64,000 nt of DNA from Octopus vulgaris (GCA_951406725.2 OX597822.1:100812001-100876000), one strand, 5' to 3'; positions 10,498 to 25,340 are shown, counted from the first letter of the stretch. Notes: generated from the letters alone by a model not told the origin. A program made the numbers and translations.

Positions 10498-12589
10498 TAT
10501 CCTGGTTAAATTTGGGAACTACTAATTTTGATGGTAACTGTTTGATAACATTATCCAAAATTATACTGAAGGGCCTCCACTGTACTATAGTCACCGTATT
10601 TCTTGTTTCATTTTTCTCTTATGACTGTAAAGTGACAAGGTCAGATGAGTCTATGTGAAAGATATTTGATCAAATAAAACATGAGACATGTATTTGAAAT
10701 TTATCAACTAATGTCAGGAGAACTAGATTACTTGACAGTTGATATTTATAGTCACCAAGATAGAAAAATCTCAATATGATATGTATTTATGCTCAAGTCT
10801 TTACAATAGATAACATTAAGAGAAAGACACTATAAATCCTGTGGCAATGTAAACAGATTAGGGATTTTTATAGATGTTAACTACCTTATCAGTTTCATAT
10901 ATTTGTTATTTATTTATTTCAGTAGCAGCATGGCAACAGTTTTCAAAGAAAGAACAGCCTTCGAAAGATGACCTAGTTTAGAAGACCTTTTTAATGAAAT
11001 CTCTTCACACTGTGTGTGTGTGTGTGTATGTGTGTGAGTGTGTGTGGTGAGAGAGAGAGAGGGAGTGACCTTAGTAATTAGGTATGAATCCTCTACATTG
11101 CTCAGAAGCAATATTGGACCTAATTAAGTAGTTAGACAAGCTACTTTAAATATGTCATTTACTTAGTAGGATATGAAACACTAGTAGTAAAGATTAATTG
11201 GACTATTAACCTCACCTTGTATGCTTCAATTAGTTTATTCTCTGACAGATCTCTCAAACTCTCAGGTGCTGTTATTGATAGGAATAGTGTTATGCAAAAC
11301 ACCAAAGTGTCTGCTAGATTTGTGGTCAGTTGCTAAAGGATATCCTAAATATGGGTGAGTGGGTATGTGGGTGAGGAGTTGGCATCTGTTACACTTAACT
11401 GGGGCCATAAATTCATCTTGAAATGCTGGCTGCCAACTAAGAATAATTGGGCAACTGACAGGAAAATCTGAATGAGATATGTGTAGTGGACAGAAAAATA
11501 GTTTTGCTTAAGGAGCTTTAAAAAATGCTAGTGGGAGGATAGGTCAAACACACCAGTTCTTTTTAACTCTTTTGATACCAACCCACCTGAGACCACCCTT
11601 GTTTCTATTACACAAATTCCTGGATTTAAACTGATCTGAGTTAAAACTTACTACAAAAATTCCAGCTTAATTATGTTCCAAATATCAGCAAATTAACATG
11701 AAACTTTAAAGAAAGTTTTAATTGAATCATTGTAAAAGAGAGGATTCGTAAAGAAGAACTAAGGACAGCTTGAGGTAGATTGGTCTCAAAAGGGCAAAAA
11801 ATGCTCATATACTGTTATATTCAGTTTTATTTAATTTCTTTGGAGAACTGTTTATAAAAAGGTTTATTCTACAACTATGGCCTGGTCATTGTAATGGAAT
11901 TGTGTTAGTGAATATGTCAGAGGCAAATGCAGAAACTTAACATCTTATGGTATATGATACTTTAAAGAAATGTAACAAACATGAATATAGAGGTATATGG
12001 GTGTTTTGAGTAGCTATTGACACTTTAACATAAGCCATTAAGTTTGTTTAATGTTATATAAATAAAACCAATGCAGGCTTAGATTCAACCAAATCTAAAT
12101 AGGAAACAATTGCCATAGTCTGAAATTAGGTGAACAGAACATAAAATTAGTGTTTACATGTTGTATCTGTGTGTTTACACATACACATATGGATATAAGT
12201 GAGTATGTTTGTGCATGCCTGTATATGTAAACAGTCTAGATCAAATCAACATATGAAGTAGAACACTAAAACAGTTGGAAATGCTGTCTACATCACTTCG
12301 CGAAAATCAAGTTGTATCAGAACGTGGCCAAATACTAAAAAATGCTCCACGGTCATAGGCATTTAGAAAATTCCAATTACTAACTAGTCGGCTAACAAAC
12401 AGCGTCATACTTTTTTTTCTCTTTTTAAACAGTTACAATTAAAAGAAGTGACTAACGGAAAGATAAATATCATTTAAGCTAAAATAACCCAGCAAAAAGC
12501 ACGAGATGCCATGCCAGGAAATGTTAAAAAGTAAAACCAATTGACTTCTACTTTTCCATGCTTGCATCATGGATTAGATGGAGTTTTAT

Positions 12590-12987
12590 TCGTTTCTACT
12601 CTAGGCACAAGGTCTAAAATTTTTGGGGAGAGGGCCAGTCGATTAGATCAACCCCAGTATGCAACTGGTACTTAATTTATTGACCCTGAAAGGATGAAAG
12701 GCAAAGTTGACCTTGGCAGAATTTAAACTCAAAACGTAAAGACAGACGAAATACCTATTTCTTTACTACCCACAAGGTGCTAAACAGAGAGGGGACAAAC
12801 AGGGACAGACAAATGGATTAAGTTGATTATATCCACCTCAGTGCGTAACTGGTACTTATTTAAATGACTCCGAAAGGATGAAAGGCAAAGTCAACCTCGG
12901 CGGAATTTGAACTCAGAACCTAACGGCAGACGAAATACCTCTAAGCATTTTGCTCAGCATGTTAACGTTTCTGCCAGCTCACTGCCT
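12590..12987 (-). mobile_element. SINE B dimer (one head, two bodies)
   Basis: Junction GACGAAATAC|CTATTTCTTTAC at ~12746-12766. The second body ends in the older tail type (GGCACAAGG..AATTTTTGGGG). Confidence 0.85.
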
Positions 12988-13659
12988 GATGGTGTTTTAT
13001 TGCAGCAGATTTTCTACAGCTCAATGCCTGCCCTGTCGTTAACCCTCACTTGTTTCCAAGGAAGGCAATATAGTCCCCATGACCAGAAATGTTTTTGCAG
13101 AATATGAGAACTGAATGATCACTGTTTGTATGATTTGGTACTAGACTTGAGCAAGACACTTTATTTTACACTGCTCCAATTTCCTCAGCTGTAGAAATGA
13201 GTTGCGATGTCACTGATGCCATGTTGTATTGGCCTTTGCCTTTCCCATGGATAACATCAGTGTCACGGGGGGGGGGGGGACTGGTATGCATGGGCGACTG
13301 CTGGTCTTCCATAAACGACTTTGTTGGGACTTGTGCTTTGGAAGGGAACTTTCTAGATGCAATCCCATGGTCATTCATGATTGAAGGGGACACTGTCTTC
13401 AAGTATTTTAGTTAGCCGTTTCAACTGCAGTTCTCATTTCAGGTAATAAAGGAACACAATCTACCCCCCGCCACACACACACAGGTGGCGAATTGGTATG
13501 GTCATTAGGGCATTGGACAAAATGCTACACAGTATTTGTTTCCATTTTTCTGAACTCTGTCTGAGTTCAAATCTCAAAGTCAACTTTGTGTTTCATGTTA
13601 TGAGCAGAATAGGAGAAAGAGAAACTGCAAAAGCAGGTCTCGCACACATACATACATAC

Positions 13660-13705
<46 letters not shown>

Positions 13706-14001
13706 ATGTATGTATCCATGTTTGTGATTGTGTTTGCGTTGCATGTGAAAACTGAGGTTGTTTATGCTGCGTGCCCTTTATATTTTGATAAATAGAGATT
13801 GATAAAATAAATATCAAACTGAACTGAAACATAAACTGGGATGGGACTGATATGATCAACTAAACATTTGAACATGGTGTCCCAGCATGGCAGCGGTCCA
13901 GTAATTGAGACTGATAAAAGAGTGAAAGTATAAAAGTAAATATATATGTGACTAAAATACCTCACAGTATATATACATATATACACATACATGTGTGCAT
14001 A

Positions 14002-14060
<59 letters not shown>

Positions 14061-14123
14061 GTGTGTGTGTTTGTATGAATGTGTGTGTATGTATTTACAT
14101 GTGAGTGTGTATGGATATGAATG

Positions 14124-14154
<31 letters not shown>

Positions 14155-14706
14155 GTGCGTGTGTGTGCATGTGTGTGTATGTGTATAGTCCTTTTTCATT
14201 CTCAGAAACACTAACATACTTTGGGATGTATTTAAAAAAAGAAATATAAAAACCATAAAAATAGATTGCAAAGGTGGAGTTAAAATTCTTCCAGTTCTTG
14301 CTTTCACTTTGAAAGCTAAAAATTACGACTTATCTCTTAACATTTATTTAAAAGAAAAAAAAAATTATTTCAGCATTAACTAAATGAGCCAAATCACCTG
14401 TTTGTATTGGGACTGTAGCGAAAAACAAAATTTACAATCTTCTGACAAGGGTGCGGTAAGTATTTTGTTAAAACTGGGGAATATACAGTTTTAAGTTTTG
14501 CTCAAGAACATTTGAATGCAAGAAATAAATACAAAATTGAATTTTAAAAAATCTGTGTCCCCTACCTCTGTGATACCAATTCACACTAGCATCTAATCCA
14601 TACAATTGATGTTTATGCTTAACTAGAAACCAACAAGAATCAACAAGAGAATCAATAAAGCACAGAAACCATGTATTACTTAAGATATACCATAAACCTT
14701 CAAGTA

Positions 14707-15194
14707 CAGTCTGCCCTTGAGTATAATACGCAGGGGATTTTTAGGGGGCTGTACATCTGAAAAACCTAAACCTTGTGTATAATACGCACCCCTTCTCTAA
14801 CTTGAGTCGTGCATAATTAAGCCAGCAGGACCTAGTTGAACAAACACTTCCGCGCATGCGTAATACAATAATGGTGATGTTCTTAACTGTTATATGGGAA
14901 TGTAAATATGTTTGCAAATTGTTTTTCTTACATGTTATTCTGTGTTCTGAATACTTTTATTTTAATAAATATTGCTTATTGCAAGTTATGGATGATTCTT
15001 TTATGACTTCATAAGGTATTTTTGAGCTTGACAACACAAAATGCATATGAATAAACACTGCTGGTCAGCAAATAGAGATGCAGACATTGCTTAGAAAATA
15101 TTTTTCATTTTTAACCTCGTATATAGTATGCACTAGGGATTTTGACCTTTAAATTTTGGGAAAAAAAGTGCAGATTATACTCGAGGATTTAGGG
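14707..15194. mobile_element. pogo/Tigger-like non-autonomous DNA transposon
   Basis: TA-flanked imperfect TIRs: CAGTCTGCCCTTGAGTATAATACGC versus the right-end reverse complement CCCTAAATCCTCGAGTATAATCTGC. Internal repeats of TATAATACGCA are present. Confidence 0.6.
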
Positions 15195-18100
15195 TATGTC
15201 ATCTGGGAAAAACTGATAATTTTGTATTTATTTTGATTTAATAATAAGTACATGAATTATGAGAATATCTATTGTAAAAATGGTTATTCATACTTGAAAC
15301 CAACTGTTTTGTCTGTGTGTGGAAACCATGAAGACTAAAGGAAATAAAATAAAGGTGCTTGATAACAAATTTAATCCTTTGTTATTATTAAGTTGATGAT
15401 TGGAACATAGATTAACATGAAATTCTGAATGAAAGGTTTTTAATTTGAATCACTTTAACGGTGGAAATTTTTATCATAGAACCAAGGAGAATCTCAGGCG
15501 GGATGGTATTCAAAAGGTTAAAGTGGAAATATTTGAAAATATTTTGTGATAAGGTCATTGAAAAATCAAGAGTTCAAATGAAATATTTGAAGATTGTTCT
15601 AAAGGAATGATACTAATTTAAAACACGTCACGGATTCCTTTCAGAAAAATGTTTCCATGAGAGATGTCCTCCAAAAGAACTTCCTAAGTGTATATAACTT
15701 ATTGATTTAATTGGGAACATCCTTATCAAATCTCAGCTGTGTAAATATGTAGATGCTTGACAAAGAATTGAAACATAAAACCAGCTCTAGTTAAAATTTA
15801 AAAACCTGGTTATTTTTCTCATGAAAAATTAAGGAAAAAGAAAAAAAAAAAAGTAAGAAAAGAAAATTAATGTTGACATAACACATTAAACACTAGAAGT
15901 AAAAACATAAAAAAAAAAAATAAACAAGCAAACCATCTCCAAACCTGATAGTATTTAACGGGAATGCAAACAAAATTGAATCAAAAATCAAGGTTAACAA
16001 AAAAAAAAGAGTGGGGGGGGGGGGGCACTAGAAATAAATTTTCAGGACTGATTTCGGATTTTTTTACTGCAAATACTAAACAAGAAAATCTTATATTTGT
16101 TTAAGTTTTTGTATTGCACTCGTGTTTTTTCAAGGTCTTCACAATAACATGAACAGTGTGCAGAGTGTTTATGAAAACACTTCAAAATTTAAATGATTAT
16201 TTATAAGTTATTTTTATATTTTTTTTTTATCATGTTGCAGTTTTGTTTTTATATATTTTTGTCCTTTTTATGTTTTACATGTTTCAGTTGTTGGACTGCA
16301 GCCAAACTGGTGTACTCCCTTGAAAAGTTTGGTCAAGCACAAAGATATACATAAACACACACACACACACACACACAACAAACTTCTACAGTTTCTGTTA
16401 ACCAAACTAAGGCTTAGTGAAAGACACTTGGTCAAAGTGCTGCACGGTGGAACCGAACCAAAACCGCATATGCTCGTAAAGTGAATTTCTTAACCATACA
16501 CAGCCTTGCCAAACTTAAAAAAAAAAAAAATTTCAAGAAAAAGAAAATTATCAAAAGATACACACTGTGTATTTCATGAGGAATATGATAACCAACCCAA
16601 AGAGTTAATCAGGTGGGTGGGTCATCGACAGCGAAGCAGCTCTCAAGTGTCATGGGCACAACTAGTCTTGTCCACCCACCAATAAAGATCAACTTTCTAA
16701 TATATTTCAACCATTATTTTTTCCTTTATTCCTCAGCAACTTCCTGTTGGTCATGAAATTACAAGTTAGCCAACTAAGCTAAACATGAATGACCTACTTT
16801 ACGCATACTGTCACTCCTTGGACACTGTACAAAAGACGAGGATAACAGCATAAGACCCAAAGGAAAGCACACACATTCAACAGAACAAACAAAACTGGCC
16901 TCATTTTGAAATAATGTAAATTACCTTCCTTCCCAAGCGATGACAGTTAAACTGTTTGTAGCCATAAACAGAATATTAAGGAAAAAAATTGATTTATGTA
17001 TATTTAAATAAAGGAACTGTTAATCAGTTATTTTATCATGCATAGAAATTTCATTTTTATATTTTACTTTGGATATGTAAACATATGCAATACATATAAT
17101 TAGAATATAAAATGAGTGGAAAGTTAATAGTAAGTGTAGAATTTTGTCTTTTGTTAGCTGACACCACATGTAAATGTTTGTTCAGTGCTATTGTATTTTA
17201 TTGTCTGTTAACGGAGCATGCGGAGATGTTTTGTTTGCTGACATCATGTTTAACATTTTCTCACTACTTAGCTGACAACATATGGAGATTTTTGTATAAA
17301 TTTTTTTTCACCTGTTAACTTGATGACATGAAAGGTGTATTGATTGTTAAACTAACAACCATCTTCAACACTTTAGATCTTTCTCTCTCCTTTAATGACC
17401 ACCAATACCAACAGCTATGGCTTTCTCCAAATGCCATGTCTGTTTGTGATCTAATTACCTACTCTTGAGAAATCAATGTTGTACTTTCAGTTACTACACT
17501 TCTGTTGAAATACATATCTTTGTTCCAATTAATTTTTTGAAAATAATGATGAATTAACTAAAATAAGCTGGAATTTGGAATACAAATTAATATGAAGTTT
17601 TGATGTGAAGTTTCAATTTTGATCACTTTAAAATAGGAAGTTCACATCAGAGAACTAGCGACAGTCTCAGGAAGCTTGTTATCAAGAACCAAAGGCTGTC
17701 TCTTGTGGGTTGATATCAAAATGATCAACAACAGCATTGCTTAACATAGAATGTGAACCTCCAAGCTAAACTACCTGCACATTTATGCCATCCACTTTAG
17801 GATCAATGGAGATCTCTGTGATCTGTACCAATAAAAATATGGTGTACACCAAAGTGCAGTTTTGTTCGTTCCATTATTCTTCCAATACATCAACAACTTA
17901 CATACTGTTACCTCACAAAAATAACGCTCACTCTTATACAGATCATACCTCCCTTCAGCTTCTGCATATAGTCATATAAGTAAATATGCACCTATACAAC
18001 TCAACCTATCTCAGCTGATTTTGAATCATTAAATGGTACAAGCATTGCTATGTGGTTTAAGAAGTTGGCTTTCTAATTATATGGTTTTGGATTCAGACCC

Positions 18101-18262
18101 ACTGCACAGCATCTTGGGTAATGTTTTATACCATAGTTCCTGACTGCAAAGTTTTGGAAGTGGACTTTGTAGATGAAAACTCCAGAAAATAAGGTTGTCC
18201 TGAAATTGAAGCTGTGGTCCTATTGGTGATATCCCAAATTTGTAATAATAATAATAATAATA

Positions 18263-18307
<45 letters not shown>

Positions 18308-18311
<4 letters not shown>

Positions 18312-18576
18312 AAAAATACAGTATACATTTAAACACATGAGATGGCCATAACAGGACATCTGACTCGCTAGAAAGAGTAGTTAAACTACAAACTACTAAT
18401 AGTTGTAATTTTGAAAGGGAATGAAAAATCAAAACAATAGGGTAAATGTTTTTACTTTTCGTTCCCTTTCAAAATTACAACTATTAGAGGTTTGTAGTTT
18501 AACTACTCTTTCTAGCGAGTCAGATGTCCTGTTATGGCCATCTCTTATGTGTTTAAATGTACACTGTATTTTTATA
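18308..18576. repeat. Near-perfect ~270-bp palindrome (~128-bp arms, ~10-nt loop)
   Basis: GATGGCCATAACAGGACATCTGACTCGCTAGAAAGAGTAGTTAAACTACAAAC pairs exactly with GTTTGTAGTTTAACTACTCTTTCTAGCGAGTCAGATGTCCTGTTATGGCCATC, and the pairing extends to both ends with few mismatches. Confidence 0.95.
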
Positions 18577-18775
18577 TGAATAATATTTTTATATGTATAA
18601 TATATAATCAGGAGTGGCTGTGTGGTAAGTAGTTTGCTTACCAACCACATGGATCCGGGTTCAATCCCACTGCGTGGCATCTTGGGCAAATGTCTTCTAC
18701 TATAGCCTCGGGCCGACCAAAGCCTTGTGAGTGGATTTGGTAGATGGAAACTGAAAGAAGCCCGTCGTATATATG

Positions 18776-18808
<33 letters not shown>

Positions 18809-19091
18809 CTGTGTTTGTCCCCCTAGCACTGCTTGACAACCGATGCTGGTGTGTTTATGTCCCCGTTACTTAGCGGTTCGGCAAAAGAGACCGATAGAAT
18901 AAGTACTAGGCTTACAAAGAATAAGTCCCGGGGTCGATTTGCTCGACTAAAGGCGGTGCTCCAGCATGGCCACAGTCAAATGACTGAAACAAGTAAAAGA
19001 ATAAAAGAAAGAAAAGAATATTGACTAGCTTTTTCTTCTCACTAGACCACTGGTAGCAAAGAATTTTTCAAAGTTTTTTTGCTACCCTAAG

Positions 19092-19140
<49 letters not shown>

Positions 19141-20715
19141 TGATAATAATAATAGGCACAGACATGGCTGTGTGGTAGGAAGTTTCAACATCCATATTCC
19201 TATGCAAGCATAGGAATATGGATGTTGAAATGTTGATGAAGACAAATAATAATGGTTTTATATTTTGGCATAAAGTCATCAATTTTAGGGGGAGGCGGTA
19301 AGTTGATTACATAGGTGCCAGTACTCAACTGGTTCCTTATATCGACACTGAAAAGATGAAAGACAAAACTGATAGAATTTGAATGTAGAACATAATAGAA
19401 TTGGTTACCATATTAAATTCCTCCAGAATTCTTAGTTACTTTCAAAAATTAATTAAAAATATATATAATCAGTGTATTTTATTATAATCTATTAAGGATA
19501 GAGTTAAAATCAAAACAATCGAAGGAGGGAGAGAAAGAATGTATGAGAGAAAGAGAGATAGGCGCAGGAGTGGCTGTGTGGTAAGTAGCTTGCTAACCAA
19601 CCACATGGTTGCGGGTTCAGTCTCACTGTGTGGCACCTTGGGCAAGTATCTTCTACTATAGCCCCGGGCCGACCAATGCCTTGTGAGTGGATTTGGTAGA
19701 TGGAAACTGAAAGAAGCCTGTCGTATATATGTATATATATATATGTGTGTCTGTGTTTGTCCCCTAGCATTGCTTGACAACCGATGCTGGTGTGTTTACG
19801 TCCCCGTCACTTAGCGGTTCGGCAAAAGAGACCGATAGAATAAGTACTGGGCTTACAAAAAATAAGTCCTGGGGTCGATTTGCTCGACTAAAGGCGGTGT
19901 TCCAGCATGGCCGCAGTCAAATGACTGAAACAAGTAAAAGAGAAAGAGAGATAGAGCTGGAAAAGCAAAGCTGAGCATGGTAGAGAGTCAAAGCAAAACA
20001 AAAAGTGACAGAGAGGCAGAACTATAAGCTGAGAGAGATAGAGAGGTACAGCTATAGACTGAAGGTGTTAGAGAGGCAGAGTTTCAGATAGAGAGTGAGT
20101 TACAAACTGGGTTTGTAATCTGAAATCAGTCTCCCTTTGGCCATAGGAATTAAACATCCAAAGATGGAAAACTGTAAACAAATCTCTACAGGATATCAAA
20201 TATAAGAACCTTGAAATCGTAGAAGAAATTAATAACAGTGTACCAAACTAAAATAGCATATTTCCTCAACTGACTGAATGTCCTGCGATGTGATATCTAC
20301 AAGCAGAAGCCCTTTCGACATATTAGGCTGTGATATAACTCTTTTATCAAATGTTGATACTGGCATCAGAAACAAGCTGCAGTGAGCATTGAAGGGAAGA
20401 TGTCAAATGACAACAGGCAGCATCACTTTACTTTGGAATGTTCAAAATGATGATAATAATAATGCTTCTAAACTTTGTGATGTACTCATTTCTTATCACT
20501 GTTGTTTAGAAGATGTTACCCGAGTAATATAATTAACGCAGCACTCAGAAGCTTGCAACCTCCTTTTTGCCTCCATAGATTCAATTGTTATTCTGTATAT
20601 ATGTGGAAGTTGCCAATGGGGGGGGGGGGGATTTATATTTTCTTAGTTCAGAATCTCAAGTGTATCAGAGTGCATGTTGATTAGCTTGTATACATGAATG
20701 CTTAAGCTCATGTGC

Positions 20716-20867
20716 ATATATACATATATACATACATACATATATACATACATACATATATACATACATATATACATACATACATATATACATACATACA
20801 TATATACATACATACATATATACATACATACATATATACATACATACATATATACATACATACATAT

Positions 20868-20898
<31 letters not shown>

Positions 20899-21000
20899 CA
20901 TACATATATACATACATACACACATATACATACACACATATACACACACACATATACATACACACAAACATACACACACACACATATATATATATATATA
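20716..21000. repeat. Compound (TACA)/(TA)/(CA) microsatellite
   Basis: Directly visible. It explains the YICMYV-type ORFs here. Confidence 0.95.
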
Positions 21001-21300
21001 ATACAAAATGGGACAAGAACGCAAAACATCCGGACAACTAGGTGATACAAAAAGGGACAACAAAACATCCAGATAGACGATACAAAATAAACAAGGACGG
21101 GTCATTCAAAGCTTTCTATCTTCAGTCAAGAACCAGATCATCCTCGCAATTTTGGCCGATTAATCTTGAGATTGCTCCAATCTGGCCAGCCCCAAGGATA
21201 AACTAAGCTAAGAGCATTAGATTCCTTGGAAGAAGGCATCGAATGTATACAAAAACAAGGATGGAAAAACAGACGATGTTACACAAATATAAATACAAAA
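21001..21300. mobile_element. Dispersed repeat fragment embedded in (TA)n tracts (family unassigned)
   Basis: ATCTTCAGTCAAGAACCAGATCATC..GATTAATCTTGAGATT..GGCCAGCCC recurs inverted at ~55425-55600 and in part at ~55745-55865, each time next to (TA)n. Confidence 0.7.
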
Positions 21301-22720
21301 TACTATAAAAATAATAATATGTACATACATATATGTGTGTATTTAGAAGGCACAAAAAAAAAAAAAAAAAAAAAATAATCCACATTTTAGAGGTTGATGG
21401 AAACTTCAAAAGCTAAGATGTGGTGTACACCAGTTAAAACTATGATGGTAAGTGGGGGGAGGGGGGAAAAGGTAAAATATTAGCTACTTGAAGACACTGT
21501 TATCACTGGTCAAACTGCACTGGCACCACACCAAGAGCCATGTAAAATATGGGATGTTTTCTGCCACACTTTTCACATACATACATACACACACATGTAG
21601 AAAGGTATATATGAGGATACATAAATTTGCATGGAAACACACTCGTGATGAATGGAAGAAATTTAGAACAAAACCCCTGGAACTATATTTGGGGATTACC
21701 ATTAGTCAAGAGCAAAGATAAAAATACCATGACTAATTTTTAGGTATAAAAATATTGGCGGTTACATTATTATATCTGAGATTGCACTGTATTTAAGGAA
21801 ATACAGTATATATGTGTGTGTGTGTATGTAGGTACATATGTATGCTTGCATATGTTCACACAAATGCACACATGTAAATACATAGCCACACACAGATTCA
21901 TCATCATCATATTGGTTTTAAGACAAGGCAGCATATGCACACACACACACACACACAATGAGCTTCTTCCAGTTTCCATCTACCAAATCCACTTAGAAGG
22001 TACTTTTGCCCAATATCTTGCACAACGGGACTGAATTCCAAACACACACCAACACATCATCATCATCATCATCATATTGGTTTTAAGGCAAAACAGCACA
22101 CACATACACACACACTGTTGCATGCATTACACACACACACAACGAGGTTTCTTCATAAATGTCTTGAATTATTATTATATAAATTACATGAATATCCAGG
22201 ACTGTCAAAAGATATTCTGTAATTTATTACAAATCATAGAACCTTAGTCCTGTATCAACCATGAGCATAAGTGGACCAAAACAATGCTTTCTCACTGAAT
22301 TCAGGTAAACACTTAAACTTGGATATAATTAACACTGATTTCAAACATAAATTACAAGACCTCAATTGGTACTTTATTTTACTGACCTCCAGAAAGGTGG
22401 AAAGCAGAGTTGACCTCGATGGGATTTGAACTCGGTGCATAAAGATCCTGAGCTAAATACTGCAAACCATTTTGTCCAATGTTACAGTGCATCAGCACAT
22501 TTTACAACAAGGAATGGATAAATGTGTACCTGAAGGTCTTCAAGACAAAACCAGATTTTTTAATTGAAGAAATCTGAGCAAAGGTGCAGAAGAGGTAAGA
22601 AGCTTGCTTCTTAAACCACATGGTTCCAGGTTCAGTCCCACTGCGTGGCACCTTGGGCAAGTGTCTTCTACTGTAGCCTTGGGACAACCAAGACCTTTTG
22701 AATAGATTGAAAGAAGCTTG

Positions 22721-22770
<50 letters not shown>

Positions 22771-24343
22771 TTATTATATATATGTATGTATTTGTGTGTC
22801 TGTGTTTGTCCCCCCCATCATCACTTGATGATGGTGGTGTGCTATTGTTCCTGTAACTTAGCAGTTCAGCAAAAGGGACCAATAGAATAAGTACTAGGCT
22901 TACAAAAAATTAAGTCCTGGGGTCGATTTGTTCGACTAAAAGGTGGTGCTCCAGCATGGCCACAGTCAAATGACTAACAAGTAAAAGAATAAAGGAATGA
23001 AGGTTATTCATATGGACATGCACACTCTTTGAAAAGATGAAATTTGCACACAATCTAAATTTCTCCACACACCAACAGCAAAAAAATAAATTAAAACAAT
23101 TAGACGGAACATTGTCTATTACTGCATTGCTTTAATTAATATTGGTTCCTTGCCATTTTTTAGTCACAACTTTTTGGATTTTGAGTTCAAAAATCTTGTT
23201 GGAGTTGCTTTTGCCATTTCTCCTTCGAGTGTCAGTTATAGAAACAAAGCCGTCAAGAACTGGAATCTGTCTAATTGCTAACACCTAAAATTTCTGACCC
23301 AGTGCAGTGCTTATATCAACAATAAGTATTAAGTACTTGTAAAATTTCAAATTATAATCACCCTACTATAGTAATATGGAACTATTACTATAGTAATATG
23401 GAACAGGTATTTCTTCTACTATACTCAATTACCATCAGGATATTCTCCTAATTAACTTTTAACTTCCTGTACAACACAGGAGCACCATCCGAGCGTGATC
23501 GTTGCCAGAGCGGCTAACTGGCTTCCGTGCTGGTGGCATGTAAATGGGCACCATTCGAGCGTGATTGTTACCAGCGTCGCCTTATTGGCACCTGTGCTGG
23601 TGGCATGTGTTAAAAGATTTAAGCGAGGTCGTTGCCAGTACCACCTGACTGGCCCCCGTGCTGGTGGTACGTAAAAAGCACCCACTACACTCTCGGAGTG
23701 GTTGGCGTTAGGAAGGGCATCCAGCTGTAGAAACTCTGCCAGATCAAGACTGGAGCCTGGTGCAGCCCTCAGTCAAAATCGTCCAACCCATACTAGCATG
23801 GAAAGCGGATGTTAAACGATGATGATGATGGTGATGAATCAATTTATTTATTTTTTTTTTTCAAGTTAATCACAAGAAGTGTTAAACCTATGACCTTTAC
23901 AAACTTCTTGGAACATCTGCACGGAGGGAAATCATTGTGGTGGTGGTGGTGGTTGTGGTGGTTGTTACTATTTTTGATGCTTGCCACAGAATGAACTCCA
24001 GTAAATGTACCTGACATGTAATATACTAAATGCCATAAGCACTGGTAACTTAAAATCAAAATTAACTGACAAATAGCATAAACAGATGGAATTGGTTCCA
24101 ACTTGGTTGAAGTTACAGAAACAGAATGGAAAAAAAATCATGTACTTCAGAAAACATTACTCCCACCCCAATTAATTAATTAGCCTGATTGTGGAGGGCA
24201 AGTGAATATATTCAAGTCAGTATCTAGACCTAGGTAAAAATCAAAATTATTTGAAATTATCTAGGTTGTTCACTCTTTACATCCTGCTGTAAATTTTTTA
24301 AGTGAAAGCCCAGTCCAGTAATGATTCCAATACAAAACAGAAA

Positions 24344-24707
24344 TCTCTCTATATATAAACGGCAAAATGTCTGTGTGTGTGTCCTTTATACAAATACACA
24401 ATTTTTCAGTTAGAGGGCTCGCACTTTCTATGGTCATTCAAAACCGTCCAAGGGTGGTCGTGCACATCTTTACATTTCCCCAGTCACCCCGCAAAGCCAT
24501 TAAAAAATCAATAGAAGTGACTTTTTTGTGAATTTTCTATCCAAAACCCAATCAAAATGCCTGAAACTTGATACACCAATTGAATGCCAGCTAGCTGTAT
24601 GTGATTGGTCGGAGATTGGGACAATACTCGCGTGTATGTGCACACGCATGCAGCTGTATATGCATGCACTAGCATTATGACCTGGCGTTGCCGGGTCATA
24701 GTGCTAG
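24344..24707 (+). mobile_element. Non-autonomous Helitron
   Basis: 5' end A|TCTCTCTATATATAAA, subterminal hairpin GACCTGGC-GTT-GCCGGGTC, 3' end CTAG|T, and no TSD. Confidence 0.85.
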
Positions 24708-25340
24708 TGGCTAATAAAAGGGACGAGAGCTTCTCCCAGATGTTAGAGAGTTCTCTATTTCATTCAAGATACATGTAAACAAGCTTTGTATGATTCTTGT
24801 GATATGCAATTCAGTACTGGCTGACTGATATACTCCTGTGTTGTACAGGAAGTTAAGAGTTAATTAGGAGAATATCCTGATGGTAATGAAGCATACTAGA
24901 AGAATTACCTGTTCCATATTACTATACCTGTGAATAAATGCTATGGGTGAGTACAGGAGTTAAGGTACTGAATTATCTGGTTAACTGACATATGGTTTAG
25001 ATATTGACTTGTCTGGGTATCAAATTATAAGTGTAGGATAGATACTACAATAGCAGTATACAAAAGTGTGCACATACATATTTTTCTATTTCATATCTAT
25101 TTCTCGATGCTAGCATAGATATGGTATTTTTGTTGTAAATTTGGGCATTTAAATAAAGATGGAATAGTTGCCTACTTAACTGTGAAAGAGGAGAGAAACA
25201 ATCAGAGAATATGTGTGTGTGTGAGAATAGAGAGAGAGAGAGAAGACAGACAGAGACAGAGTGAAAGAGAAGGAGTCGGTTGGTTTATTCATGATTCTAC
25301 ATCAGTTTGATATTTTGCAAAGAGCTCTTATATTTTCAAT

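Noticed and set aside
9934-10525. Recurring small ORFs ([23 protein letters not shown].., MTTDAGVFTSP.., [16 protein letters not shown]..) resembling a multigene family
   Set aside because: They are translations of SINE A and B copies, and frames and stops vary between copies.
13381-13412. GDTVFKYFS resembling the expected exon 2 start
   Set aside because: It is on the wrong strand and lies at the end of a SINE fragment.
20095-20130. Possible Galpha exon starting DYKPS (compare DYIPS)
   Set aside because: A stop codon follows immediately (TTG TAA) and the acceptor is weak, so it is a chance match.
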